From assembly GCA_018398765.1 (NCBI GenBank), contig JAHBMJ010000321.1, forward strand, positions 1-64,000: a DNA stretch of 64,000 nt. The letters run 5' to 3'. The number at the start of each line of letters is the position of its first letter. Within the stretch, counting starts at the first letter, position 1. Position numbers and translations under genes: made by a program. The DNA is from Chromera velia. Lineage: Eukaryota. The notes under the pieces were generated by a model. The model was not told where the DNA came from. It ran no database searches and saw nothing but the letters and a program-made list of their open reading frames with translations. Below are positions 13,135 through 25,100 of this stretch, in pieces.

Positions 13135-13545
13135 TGAATGAGTGAATCTATGAATCAGTGAATATATGAGTGAATGAATGAATGAATGAATGGATGGATG
13201 GATATATGCATGCATGCATGAATGAATGAATGCATGGATGAATGGATGAATAAATGAATATATGAATGAATCATGAATGAATGAATGAATGAATGAATGG
13301 GTGGATGAATGGATGGACGAATGAATGAATGGCATTGAATGAATCTGCGAATGAATGAGTGAGTAGTCAGTGAAATAATGAGTGGAAGAAAGACTGCATG
13401 AATGAGGGGGAGAACGAAGGAAGGAAGTCAGTGAACAAACAAACAGGCAACTTAGAAAGGATATGAAGGAAGCAACGACTGGCTGACTCACTAACCATCT
13501 GAGTGATTCACTTCCTGAACAAATAAATGAATGAATGAATGAAAC
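13135..13545. repeat. Degenerate (GAAT)n/(GGAT)n microsatellite tract
   Basis: Directly visible. Confidence 0.9.
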
Positions 13546-14449
13546 AGTGAGTGACACAGGATACACAGGATGACACAGAGTCATTGGGAAAGAATTGGCA
13601 AGTGTGTGCTATTGCTACGAAGATATAAAGAAAGTTCGTTAGAGAGACTATAGTAGAGTATAGTGGAGTGAGTATAGCTTTAGAGCTTCAATTCGAAGTG
13701 GAAGTGACTCAACTTGAATGAACGTACTTGCAGAATTGTTCCTCTTGGTCTTTGTTGACTTGATTTGAAAAAACAAAAATAAAACACTACTCATACAGTT
13801 GATGCAGACACCAAAAGACTTCTCTATTCAGTGAATTAAAAGTTTTCAATAACCTAGTCAATGACTTTCTCAAACGGTTGCTTGATGGAATTAAAAACTG
13901 AATGCTTGCACATTCAACTGTCAGTTTTCTTTAAAAAACTTGTTGAGGTTTTAGAAACTCAAAGCCAGTTTCAAATTGTTTAGGCCTGTTTTACCTTTTC
14001 TAAATTATATGAGTTTATTCTGCTCAGACTCTCGCTCATATCCTATCCTAACGGAGGTATTGTTGAATATGTTTGAAAATAGTTTTTTTTTTTTCACTTT
14101 TATTTAAATGGCTAGTTAAATGGGGAAGTGTCTAGGAAAGTGTACATAACTTAAATCATAAATTAGATCACAAAAAGTTTTAATTAAGAGTTTTCTAAGC
14201 CTTTTCTTAATTTTTTTTTTTTAATCATAGCTTACACGCTAAAAACTAGTTTTGGACCATTAATTGAATGAATGAATGAAGTTGGCTTTGCTAGAGTGGA
14301 GCCGTGCTCCCAGCAGCCCATGGTCATTATTATTTTTTTTTTTTGAAGACTCCCCCTAGCTGAAGACATACATGTTTTCAAATTTCTGTAAATCATGCCT
14401 GGGAAAGAAAGGAATTTTTAAGGAACCCCTCGAAAGTTGAATCGAAACT

Positions 14450-15122
14450 TTTGAATCGAAAAATAAGAAGAAAGGAAGAAATTAAAGAAGGGAAAGGAGG
14501 GAGAGAAAAAGAGAGTAAAAAGAGAAAGGGACGGAACTTGTTACGGAAGAAAACAAGCAAGGAAGAACGAAGAAGAAAAAAGGGGAGAAAAGGATCGAAT
14601 GTCAGGAAGAGACCAGAAAAAAAGAGAAAATCAGAGAAAGGAAGAGGGAAGAAAAGGAGCGGGAGGGAGAGGAAGAAAGAAAAAGAGAAAGGAAGAACGA
14701 GAAAAAGAAAATAAACACAGAGCGAAAGATGCACAGACCCACAAAGAGATCGAGGGAGAGGGAGAGAAAGATAAAAAGAAGAGGGATGATGAAAGAAGGG
14801 GAAAGTAGACGATGCAAAGAAATGAGGGAAAGCAGCTGCGGAAGGTGGGGGGTTGATCGCCAAGGGAGGTGAGAGGAGACGGCAGAGGACTGTTAAGGAG
14901 ACGAGAAAGATCGGGGGATCGAGAGAGAGCTTGAGGTGGTATTGAAGGAGAGGGGATCAATGGAAAGCAGTTGGAGGGAGGGAGGGAGGGGGCTCATTCA
15001 TTCAAGGAAGGGTGTGAGGGAGGTGAAGTGAGGAACGTGCAAGGAGATACCGAAGAGATGAGATGATTAGGCAGAGGGTGAAGAAGCACAAAGGTGTGTG
15101 CATGTGGTGAACTTTTTCATTC

Positions 15123-15160
<38 letters not shown>

Positions 15161-15268
15161 CACCTACACAAACACACGAACACACACACGCGCGCACGCG
15201 CGCGCGAACGCACACACGCACATGCACACACACGCACGCACATGCACACACACAGACACTCACACTCA

Positions 15269-15309
<41 letters not shown>

Positions 15310-15658
15310 GGAAAGAGAGAAAGAGAGGAAGACAGGGAGACAGCGAGAGCAAAGAAGGAAGGAAGAAAGGAAGAAGGGAAGGAAAGAAAGAAAAACGGAA
15401 AGAAAGAAGAGAGAAGGAAAGACAGACTACATCGTCAGACAGACAGACTATATGGTTTCTTTCCCTCCTTTTCTTCACGAACAAAACAGATAAAAAGAAA
15501 GACAGCAACAAAGACAAAAGAACATCACGAAAACTCAGGCAAAGACAGACAGACAGACAGACAGACAGACAATATCGTCCTTTCTTTTCTTTTCTCTTCC
15601 TTTCGTTCCGACCGACAGATGAAAGGAAAAAAAGAAAAGAAAGGAAGGAAGAGAGCAC

Positions 15659-15696
<38 letters not shown>

Positions 15697-15807
15697 AAGG
15701 AAGGAAAGAAGGAAGGAAGGAAGGAAAGAAGGAAGGAAAGAAAGAAAGAAAGAAAGAAGGAAGGAAGGAAAGAAAGAAAGAAAGAAAGAAAAGAAAGAAA
15801 GAAAGAA

Positions 15808-15855
<48 letters not shown>

Positions 15856-15895
15856 AGAAAAGAAAAGAAAAGAAAAGAAAAGAAAAAAAGAAAGA
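14450..15895. repeat. Polypurine and compound microsatellite block: (CA)n, (GA)n, (GACA)n, (GAAA)n, (GGAA)n
   Basis: Directly visible. It generates many spurious low-complexity ORFs. Confidence 0.9.
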
Positions 15896-16354
15896 ACCAA
15901 CCTCGCAGCATCCTTAAATTTTTTATTTTCGTTAAGTTATCCTCTTGTGTCTCTGTGTATGCATATTGCTCTCGCAGATTTCATATTGATTGCACACCTT
16001 CAGGCTGGATACTGCCCATTTGCGTAATGCAAAGCCTGCTCTCTCTCTCCCTCTCGCTGTGTGACTGCAGAGCCCACAAAGGCAGGCTCCCCCCCTGTCT
16101 TCCTTCCTCTTTCTACATCAGTCACCAGCACGCTCCTCTCTGCCTCCTGCTGTCTGTCTCCTGTCTCACGCAATGTGAAACCACAGCCTCTACGGAGTCC
16201 GCTCGCCAAATGGAACGCTCCTCCGTGGCCCTTTGACTTGACTGAATGGCGGAAGCTCCTCCACAAACTCCGCGTCTACTCTTAGGAGGACCGAGGTCAC
16301 TGACGCACGCAAACTTCACCGTCAAAGCATCATCCAAAAACATCACACGGATAC

Positions 16355-16846
16355 TTAGAAGCGGGCACCACCGGGCTGATTCTTGTTCCCGGCAAAGAAA
16401 AAGTAAAACTGCAAAGGAGACGCAGAGGGACACAGAAGAAGACTTGAGATGCCCCATGCACCTTCACAGAAATGCAGCGAGGAGCATGGCTTGAGACCTC
16501 ACGAGCAGCGGCAAGAAGAAGGAAAGGCTTGACTGACTGCAAGGACGGGTCCAAGCCCTCCGACGATGAGGAAGGACACGGTGTTGATGAAGTGCTGGGG
16601 AAGTTCGAAGGCGGTGTTGAGGGTGGACATCTGATCGAAAGTCTCAGAAGCCATGGCGTCAGAAGCCATCAAGAGAGGGGCGGCTGCGAGAAGAGCGGCA
16701 GGGGAAACCTCAGGAAGGTCGAGCTCGAGCTCTCTCTGGGGCCTCTCCACACGCCTGCTGGGGGTGTTGGTGCTGCTCAGCAGGGGACCACGAAAGCCCA
16801 AAACCTGTGCGAGGCAGAGGGAGACGAAAAACAGAACGGCCTTCAT
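16355..16846 (-). CDS. Small plastid/thylakoid-targeted single-TM protein (120 aa, 2 exons); possible small photosystem subunit
   Basis: Exon 1 is 16846-16538 (donor GTCAGT) and exon 2 is 16408-16355 (acceptor TTTGCAG, ends TAA); the splice is in frame. The protein has a signal peptide MKAVLFFVSLCLAQVLG|F, a Ser/Arg-rich transit peptide and a second hydrophobic signal AALLAAAPLLMASDAMA. The mature part is ...ELPQHFINTVSFLIVGGLGPVLAFYFFFAGNKNQPGGARF*. Confidence 0.75.
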
Positions 16847-17469
16847 TGTTTCTTTCTTTTTTTGAGTTTTTCAACTGCTCTGCTCACAGAGATGGGCGTA
16901 CAGTTCTTTGACCGTTCAAACACCTTCGCTAAACTCGTGTGACATCCATGGGTGCCATCCCAGATACAGAGAGAAACCTCTTCTTCGGAAATCTTCCTGC
17001 GAGACGGAAAGTTGGAGGGTCAAGAATGCATGGAATCGGTCGACGAAATTCGGAAAGTGCCCCCCAAGCCTCCTTAGGCCCCGCGCGACGCAGGTGTGAA
17101 GCCTTCAAGTTCGCTTTTCAGACCACTCGCTATCAGGACCCCGCTCTTAAATTGCCTTTTGAGTCGCATGCAATTTTTAAATTTTGACCCCGAAAAAACA
17201 CGGTGCCCCGCAAAACCCCTTCTGAGGGGCACGGAATTATTTTTTTCGAAGGATTTTTACACGAGCAGAGTTTTCTGACCGCTCGCACGGACTAAAACAG
17301 GTCAGGCCGTCTCTTTTTCTTGCACGATGTACGCTTGTTTGCAGTGTGTCAGTTTGTGCCTCCTTGGACTTTCAAAGCATAGGTATTGTTACGAAAGGAA
17401 GTCGGTATTTCTGACGTAATCGTCCCTCCCTCCTCCTCGCTTCGCAACCGACTGACTTTCGTCTCCAAG

Positions 17470-18888
17470 ATGAAGTTCGCCGTCTGCGCCGTCGTCGCCT
17501 CTCTGGTCCCTGGTACGTCCAGCTCCTCCTGTCTCTGTGGAAACTTTCTTGCACGGTGTGATCACCTGCGTGGAAAGGTCCTCACGTTACATGAATGTGT
17601 TTGATCGCTAAGTCTGCTTCATATTGACTGAAGTGATGCGTTCTCCTGCCTCCCTTCATGCAGCCTCGGCCTTCGTGACTCCCTCCTCTCTTCTCTCAAG
17701 ACCACGAACCGCCGAGAAGAGGTTAGCTGCTGGACATCCAGCGCTCCCTGTGCGCCCTTCTTTTTTGCTTTGTCGCCAAACTGCTGCTCTTCCCTTTTTT
17801 CTGGCTGCTTCACTGTGCCCCCTGGCCTGATTTACCCGTGCTCCCGTCTTGAAAGCCCTCCTTTCATGCGCCCTCGATAACCATTTAATGGCTTACAATC
17901 TCTAGTGCCCTGTCAGAATACGACCCCCAATACCCATTATGCCTTCCTTTTTCGCAACGTGTTGTGCCCTTCACAGGACGACCAGATAGCATCGCCCTTT
18001 TTCGACATGCCCGTCTCTTCTGTGCTCTCCTTTTCCCGTCTCGTCTTCCACCTTCCCGAAAGATCCTCTTTTGATTATGCGGGGGTAGACTCTGCATATC
18101 TGACTTCACCGTCTTGCTTTGATGGTGCTTGTCTTCCCTTTTTCTTTCTTCGTTCACCTGACCTCTGTTTGGCTGTAGTCAAAGAAAACGTAGGTTCGCT
18201 TCTCTTGCCCCCCGGCTCCTCTTCAGTTTCTTCTCGGCCATTGTGTCCAAAACGGCTGGCTTCATGCGTATGTGTTGTGTTGATTTTTGCAATTCTTCTT
18301 TTAAAATTTCCAACACTGTTCTCTGCTGATCTTTTCTGTTTTCTTTCTTTTCATCGCAGCTCTTCTGTCTTGAAGGCAGACCTCGACCCCTCCTTCGCTG
18401 GCGGCCTGAGCGGTAACACGGTTGAAATCCCGAACTTTGACCCTGCCAACTATTTGGAGAAGGCTGACGGGGAAACCCTTAAGTGGTACAGAGCAGCTGA
18501 GCAGAAGCACGGACGCATTTGCATGCTTGCTTGCCTCGGAGCCATCGCCCAGGGGTTTGTCAATCTTCCCGACAGTCCCTTCCAGAACCACTCTTGTTTC
18601 GGTGGTCTTGCACAAGTGTGGGCTGAGCGTCCGTTGGCGATCATTCAGATTCTGTTGGCGATTTCCGCAGTTGAGGTTTTGGGAGCGAACGTGCAGGAGC
18701 AGACTGCAGAGGGAGGGGATTTGAAGTGGGACCCTTTGGGTCTTCAGGGCACATTTAGTGATGAGGAGTTCGCAGCCATGCAGACCAGAGAGCTGAAGAA
18801 TGGCCGCCTGGCCATGATCTCCTTTCTCGGAATTGCTGCTCAGGAGGCAGTCACAGGAAAGGGGGTGTTCGAGAGCTTCACCTCATAA
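17470..18888 (+). CDS. Light-harvesting chlorophyll-binding (LHC/FCP family) protein, 3 exons
   Basis: Exons 17470-17512, 17664-17721 and 18360-18888 splice in frame. The leader MKFAVCAVVASLVP-ASAF-VTPSS is a bipartite complex-plastid signal. LHC motifs: FDP, WYRAAEQKHGRICMLA, WDPLGL, ELKNGRLAMI. Confidence 0.95.
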
Positions 18889-21798
18889 GCAGTCGAAGAA
18901 GCGACAGCTAGAAGAGAGGGGGGAAGGGTGAGGGGGGGATCAGCCGACGATGTTTGCGGTATCTTCTTCTCTTCAGTCTTTCTCCTTCCTTTTCGAAAGA
19001 GGGAGGGGGGGAGGGAAGGGTGGAGGGAGATTTATTTTCTTCTCTGCTCTTTCCTTCTTTTCGAAAACGTGGTCCTGGGGCTTTTTGAAAGAAAAAAAGG
19101 GGGTGGGACTCAATTGACGCTGAGGAGTCACGTGAGTCTGGCAGGCGTGAATGAAAGTCTGTCTGTCTTTGATGCGTGTGCAAATGAATGAATGGTACTT
19201 TGAATGAATGGATGGATGAACGTGTGTTCTCTGATTGCCTGAGCAGGTCAGTGGATGAATGTTTGCATGCATACCTGTGAGAACACAACCAAAAGAGCTT
19301 TCCCTCTGTTGTCTATCCTGTTGTCAGGGGGGGGGAATGGGACGAATGAATGAATCGATGAATGAATTAATAAGTGAATGAAGCAAGTAATGAATGAGGG
19401 ACGAAATGGGGGGTTGCAAGGAATAAACAATCTTATTCTTGGACTTTTCTTTGCCTTTTTCTTCCTTCTGTGAGGGGACCCAGTCTGTTGATGTGAGGTC
19501 TCCGCCGAGCTTTTGTGCTGGTATGTTCTGCAGCGCTGCTGTGTCTGACTGGTGGTTTAGAACGATGGTGGGATGAGCCATGACTTCAGCAGTCTCTCAG
19601 GTGTCGGATGAGATGAGGATCTCTCTGGCTGTCTGCACGGGGAGGTGTGTAGACAGGCGCAGAGAAAACAAAGAGAAAGGGGAAGAGGATGCTAAAAATG
19701 ACGGACGCAAAAAAAAAAGGAACAACGGACAGGATGAGAAGAAGAGTACCACTGTTTGGAAAGACCACAAAGAACGTGTCGACGTCGAGTGATGGAACCA
19801 ATACACCGACATCTGAAAACGGAGGGAGGAGGGTTGATTGATGCGATGAGATGGGTCCTTTTGTCCCCCCTGTGCGCACACGAACAGACACACACTCACA
19901 CACAGTGAGAGAGAGAAGAAGAGAAGACGGAAAGGCCTTTTTCCTGTTCTTTGACGTACTGGATTTGGGCATTTCAACACTTCATGCTAACTTCCTTCTT
20001 TTCCTTTCCTTCTTGTCTTTGGGAAGTGGGGTGCACCCCTTTGGCGTGTACTCGAAGCGAAACGGCTGTGTGATCCTTTAGTGAGAGCGTGTGCGTGCGT
20101 GCAGGCGTCCATCAGTCCTCTCTCCGCGACATCCCAGTCAACTAATTCAAGAACTCGACTGAGTGGTCGAGGCACTCATCCTGCATGCATAAAACGAATC
20201 GACCTGAACTTTTCGCCTCGCTCCATTCAACTCCCTGTCGAGCAGTCGCAGATAAAAGAAAAAGTGCTTGGATCGGCAGAAAAAAAATCCATTTCAGAAA
20301 GGGGAGGGGGATTAAGCATCCTCAATGAAAGCATTGAAAGGCTCAGATAACCCACAGAAAAGACAAATAGACAAGCAAGCGCGCGTGCATGCTGCACAGA
20401 AGTTTTGGGCCGGTTTAAACTAGGGTTTAAATTCTGATAAACCTGTTGACAGGATATTGTGATACTGTAAACTATCGTTGTATAAACGTGTTTTAGTACA
20501 TACGTATGCCTAGAGGTATACATAGATCTAGGCCTATATTTTATGTGGTTGTGTTCGAAGTTTTTTAAGTTAAGATTTAAAAAATAATAGTTTTCTAGCT
20601 GGTTTTTTAGGTAGCATTCCCCTGCATAGGTATTTCTACTTCTAAGATCGAAATTGGGGTTTATTTATTTAAAAAAAAAGAAAAACATGTAGTTTAAACC
20701 AATCTAGCCAATTCTTATGCCAGTTCTTGAGTTTCCCAATTCATTATGGTGATGATGATTTAATTGGTGCCTTATAGGGACCTAGATAGGTACAACATTG
20801 TACTTAGCATCCTACCAAAAGTCGCCCCTGCGATCCGAACTATAAAGATGCTAGCAAAATGGCTTTGAAAGTTAAACTTCGCTAGAAACTTCGAGTCAAG
20901 CCCTAGGTCAAGCCTTAACTTGGAGGTTTAATTAGCGTATGCAACTCATAACTTTGAAATAACTACTATTATTCACTATATAGATAAATGCTGATGATGG
21001 AACGACTTAACCCGGTAGCCATCGTGACATATAATGGCAATAGGCAATCTACTAGCTGGGTGCATTAAAATGGAAGTTAAACAAAAAAGTGCTGTCAACC
21101 ATGCACCGGCAACTTGAACTGACTTGAAAATTAGCTTGAAAAGTTCAACTTCTAGACTAATTTACTGAACTTAACCGAATTGAATCTTAATTGTTAATGC
21201 TACTATAGAGAAATAAAACTCCTGTTACGTTGCTGCCCTAGTTGCTGCCAAACGCTTAACGCCTAAAAATAGGCCAATGATGATTCCAATGATAATAATA
21301 ACGAGGGGTGCATTCAAAAGTTTACAAAAGTTACTAGGGGTGATCGCAATAGTTTTAAATTTTTAAATAAAGCGATAACACCTCCACTTTAACTATAAAC
21401 TTTAAAATTTTCCCTTTAAACAATTTAAAAGTACCGTGCAAAGAACGCTAGAAAAATGATGTTTTCTTTCAGTTCTAGTTCCAACTTTTCTTCTTTAAGT
21501 GTTCTAAAGTTTTAAATTATTTATATTTAAAGTGAAATCATCGTCACTTTAATGTAAATAAATATATTGGGACCACCCTTAGAAAAGTTAATGGTAAGGT
21601 GAGACCATGCACAATTTTTTCACTGAGTTGGTTTTATTCTGTTAATCATACCGGATTATAATCATATAGATAAACATACAGTGATACAGAGGCTTTCAAT
21701 TAGAGCCCAAATTACGGCTACCAATGTTACTTACCGGGTCACTTCATGCTTAATCAGGTCACCATCAACCACACACAACGACACACTCGATTGCAGTA

Positions 21799-22027
21799 TT
21801 ACACAGTCCCCTCTGAAGCTTTTGCGATGTTCTCAATAACTCTGAAAAGCGTGAGAAAGCTAATCAGAATCCACACAGCGCAGTAGACGGACACAAGAAG
21901 CAGCGGAAGAAACTCCATCCGGTCTCTGTAAGGGAGGGAAGGAACACAAGAAAAACAGAGAAGAAAAGGGAACAATTGGCGGGAAAAAAGTCAATGGTGG
22001 GCACCCGATAGACACTCAGACACTCAG

Positions 22028-22110
<83 letters not shown>

Positions 22111-22119
22111 TGAAGAAAA

Positions 22120-22164
<45 letters not shown>

Positions 22165-25100
22165 GGGAGATATAGACAGAGGGAGGGAAAGGAACAACCT
22201 CTTTAATTCTTTCCATCCATCCATCCATCCATCAACACGCCTCTCACTTTGATAAATCAAGACTTCTATTCTGTTGGGGGTTGGCATGGACAAATAGAGG
22301 AACAGAACTGCCTGCACCGACTGACTGACCGAAACAGAAGGAAGTGCCCTCCACCCGCAACATAAGCAGCAAGGCCAACGAGTCCCCACAAAGCTGCCCT
22401 GGGAACGAAACTCGGCAAACAGACCCACGAGAAACCTATGCCACCTCCTTGCCTGGGAACTATTAGAGGAACGCACAAGGGGGGGCAAAAGAGTCCCCCC
22501 TTTTGTCCCTGAGAAGGCAGTTGGCTCAGATCCCTTGCTACCCCCCCTCTAGCTACACCTCCACTCTCCGTGTGCCCCCGTCTCCCCTCCAACCCCCCCT
22601 CTGAAGGCGACCCCAAAGATATTGCTGACTCTTCCTCCTCCCCCCCGCCCCCCCCTGGGAGATCCCCGAGTGGCCCCGGAAAGTAAGCCCTGGCCAAGAT
22701 CTGTTCGAGGACAGTCAGAGCCGCGAACAGACTCCATTTCAGGAAGCTCTCTGCAGACGGCGAGCGGAGAGGGCAGAAAGGAGTTTAACATGCAGGCAGC
22801 ACAACTTTCAAAGAGAAACCAGGAGCAGGAGTAAGGCAGAAAGAAGCGTATTCGACCAAAAGGACAAAACTAATACTTGTGGGGTCGATTGCATATGTGT
22901 CAAGCGAAGCAAAAAGGCAGGACGTGATAAAAACGGACTCTCAACACTCTTACAGGGTTATTCTAGGCACTCACCTCCAGGTGTGGGTATGAGAGGAAGG
23001 AGGGAGAAGTGGGCGAAGACAGAGAGGAAAAGATGGAGGGAGAGCAGATCCCTGTGCCCCAGCATCCACGCAGAGACCCTGCATAAGAGGGGGAACAGGC
23101 AGGGAGGCAGGGAGGGAGGGATACATTCAAGCATGCAGGTCGTGTATCACACCATACAACCAATAAAACCACTGAATGTCAAAAAGGCTCTCTCTCCCCC
23201 TCTCGCCACTCTCTCTGTCTCTGAGAAAGACGGAGCTCGTTTGACTATCCCTGAACGTCCCAGTCTACTCGCCCCCCCTTCTTCGGTCTGTTGTTTCGCG
23301 TATTTGTATCTAGATCTCTCAAAGAGGCATGCAAAAGCCCTCGTTGCCGTCTCCGACAGACCCGTCCACAAGTGGGGCAGCCATGACTCGGACCTTCCGA
23401 AAAAAAAAAAAGAAAGGACAGAAAGTCAACTTGACAGCAAACGCAACACGGGAGGAAGGGAGATCCAGACAGAACGAACGTCCGAATCCCTCTCTCCTGA
23501 GATGGCCGACCCGCCTCACTCACTCACAAGCCTACCCACCCAAGAGGCAACGTCACCATCAACACCGCCTTCTCGTGAACGTGCCACCCCGCAGTGAATG
23601 CGCACGCGCTGCCGAGTGCACAGAAGCCGCAGAGAAGGGACGGCTGGGGGTGCTTCCAAATTAAAAAGAGTACAGGCTGCACAGACAGACAGCCACACAC
23701 ACACACACACACGCACGCACACAGAGCGAGCCAGCGAGCGAGGGGGGAGAGAGAGAGACAGAGACAAAGAGCGAATGATGCCGCGACAAATGAGAGGAGG
23801 AACACATCGAATGGCAAACAGAGAATTGACTGAAAACGACGCACAATTAATTTCCATGCGGATGATGAGAACCAGGTCATGCACTCTCTCTCTGTCTCTA
23901 TTTCCACTTCTTCATATCTCTGCGCATTCCGCCCCCCCCCCCCCCCCCGCCGCGTTCTCCCTCCTCCCATCTGACCGTGTAAAGAAGCAGAGTAACCAGG
24001 AGGGCTGCCAGAGGAGAGATGGCAGGGAGGAGGAGGAACTCGGTGGCACCGACGACCCCTGTGGAGGTGGAGGAGAAAGAATGGACGGGATGAGGGAAAA
24101 AGTGCACAGACAGACAGACAGACAGACAGACGGCCAGACAGACAGACAGACAGACTATATGTTTCTTCTTCTCCCTTCTTTTCTTCATGGACACAATAGA
24201 CAAAAAGAAAGAAAGCAACAAAGACAAAGGAACATCACGACAACTCAGACCAAGTGGGCAGGGGGCCCGAAAGGTGAGAGTTAAGCGCCCCTTGCCTCTT
24301 CACCTCCCGACAGACTTTCACGTGATCACTGGTTTCACACGCTACTCCTCTGCTGCTTCCACTCAAGACAAGAAAGAGAAGAAAAGAAAACAAGGCAAGA
24401 AAAACCAACAAAAATTAAAAATGACAACAAAACGAAAAAAGAAAACTGCACGTGGGGACCGGCACCGTCATGTTCTTTAGACAGGGGTGGGGGGGTGGGG
24501 GGGCGTCCCTGCGGAGGGGGATTTCTTCTGATGCTGTGTCTTCGTATCTTGCGGGCGGAGGACTCTTTCGGCGGTAACGAAACTCTCCAAACCATACCAA
24601 AGGAGCGACGGTGCTCAGTTGGGCCTTGAACCTTCTCTAAAACCTCTTCTCTCTCCTCAGGACTCCTGCTCTGACGGTGAGTCATACGTGGACCCATTGT
24701 TTGCGCGCTCGCTGTGGGGTGAAAGGGAAGGGGCGGATCCAGGTGTGATGGGGGATGGGAGCTCCCCCTCCATCCCTTCTTGGGAGTGTGGGTCTTGATG
24801 TTGTTGGTCTGTAGAGACCGGGATGGGGGCGGGAGCTGGAACGGGTTCGGCAAGGGCGGCTGCACTGGAACTGGAACTGTTCTCATCTATTCTGTGCAAT
24901 CTTCTTGACTTTCCTGGTGACGATCTTCTCCAAGGGGGTTGTTGCGGGGGGGCGGGCGGGNAGACAGACAGACAGACAGACAGACAGGCAGACAGACAGA
25001 CAGACGCACAGACAGACAGACAGACAGACAGACAGGCAGACAGACAGACAGACAGATACCAGTCTGAAGAGGAACAAAATACGGAAGCAGAACTAAACCA

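Noticed and set aside
15094..16236. 380-aa ORF and many overlapping HTHT/VCVC/ERER ORFs
   Set aside because: Translations of microsatellites; the same applies to similar ORFs throughout the introns.
17905..18359. N-terminal extension of the 327-aa LHC ORF
   Set aside because: Intron read-through. The real leader comes from exons at 17470 and 17664, which form the ASAF motif.
19420..20200. Possible minus-strand exon fragments
   Set aside because: Could not assemble a consistent reading frame or recognise a family.
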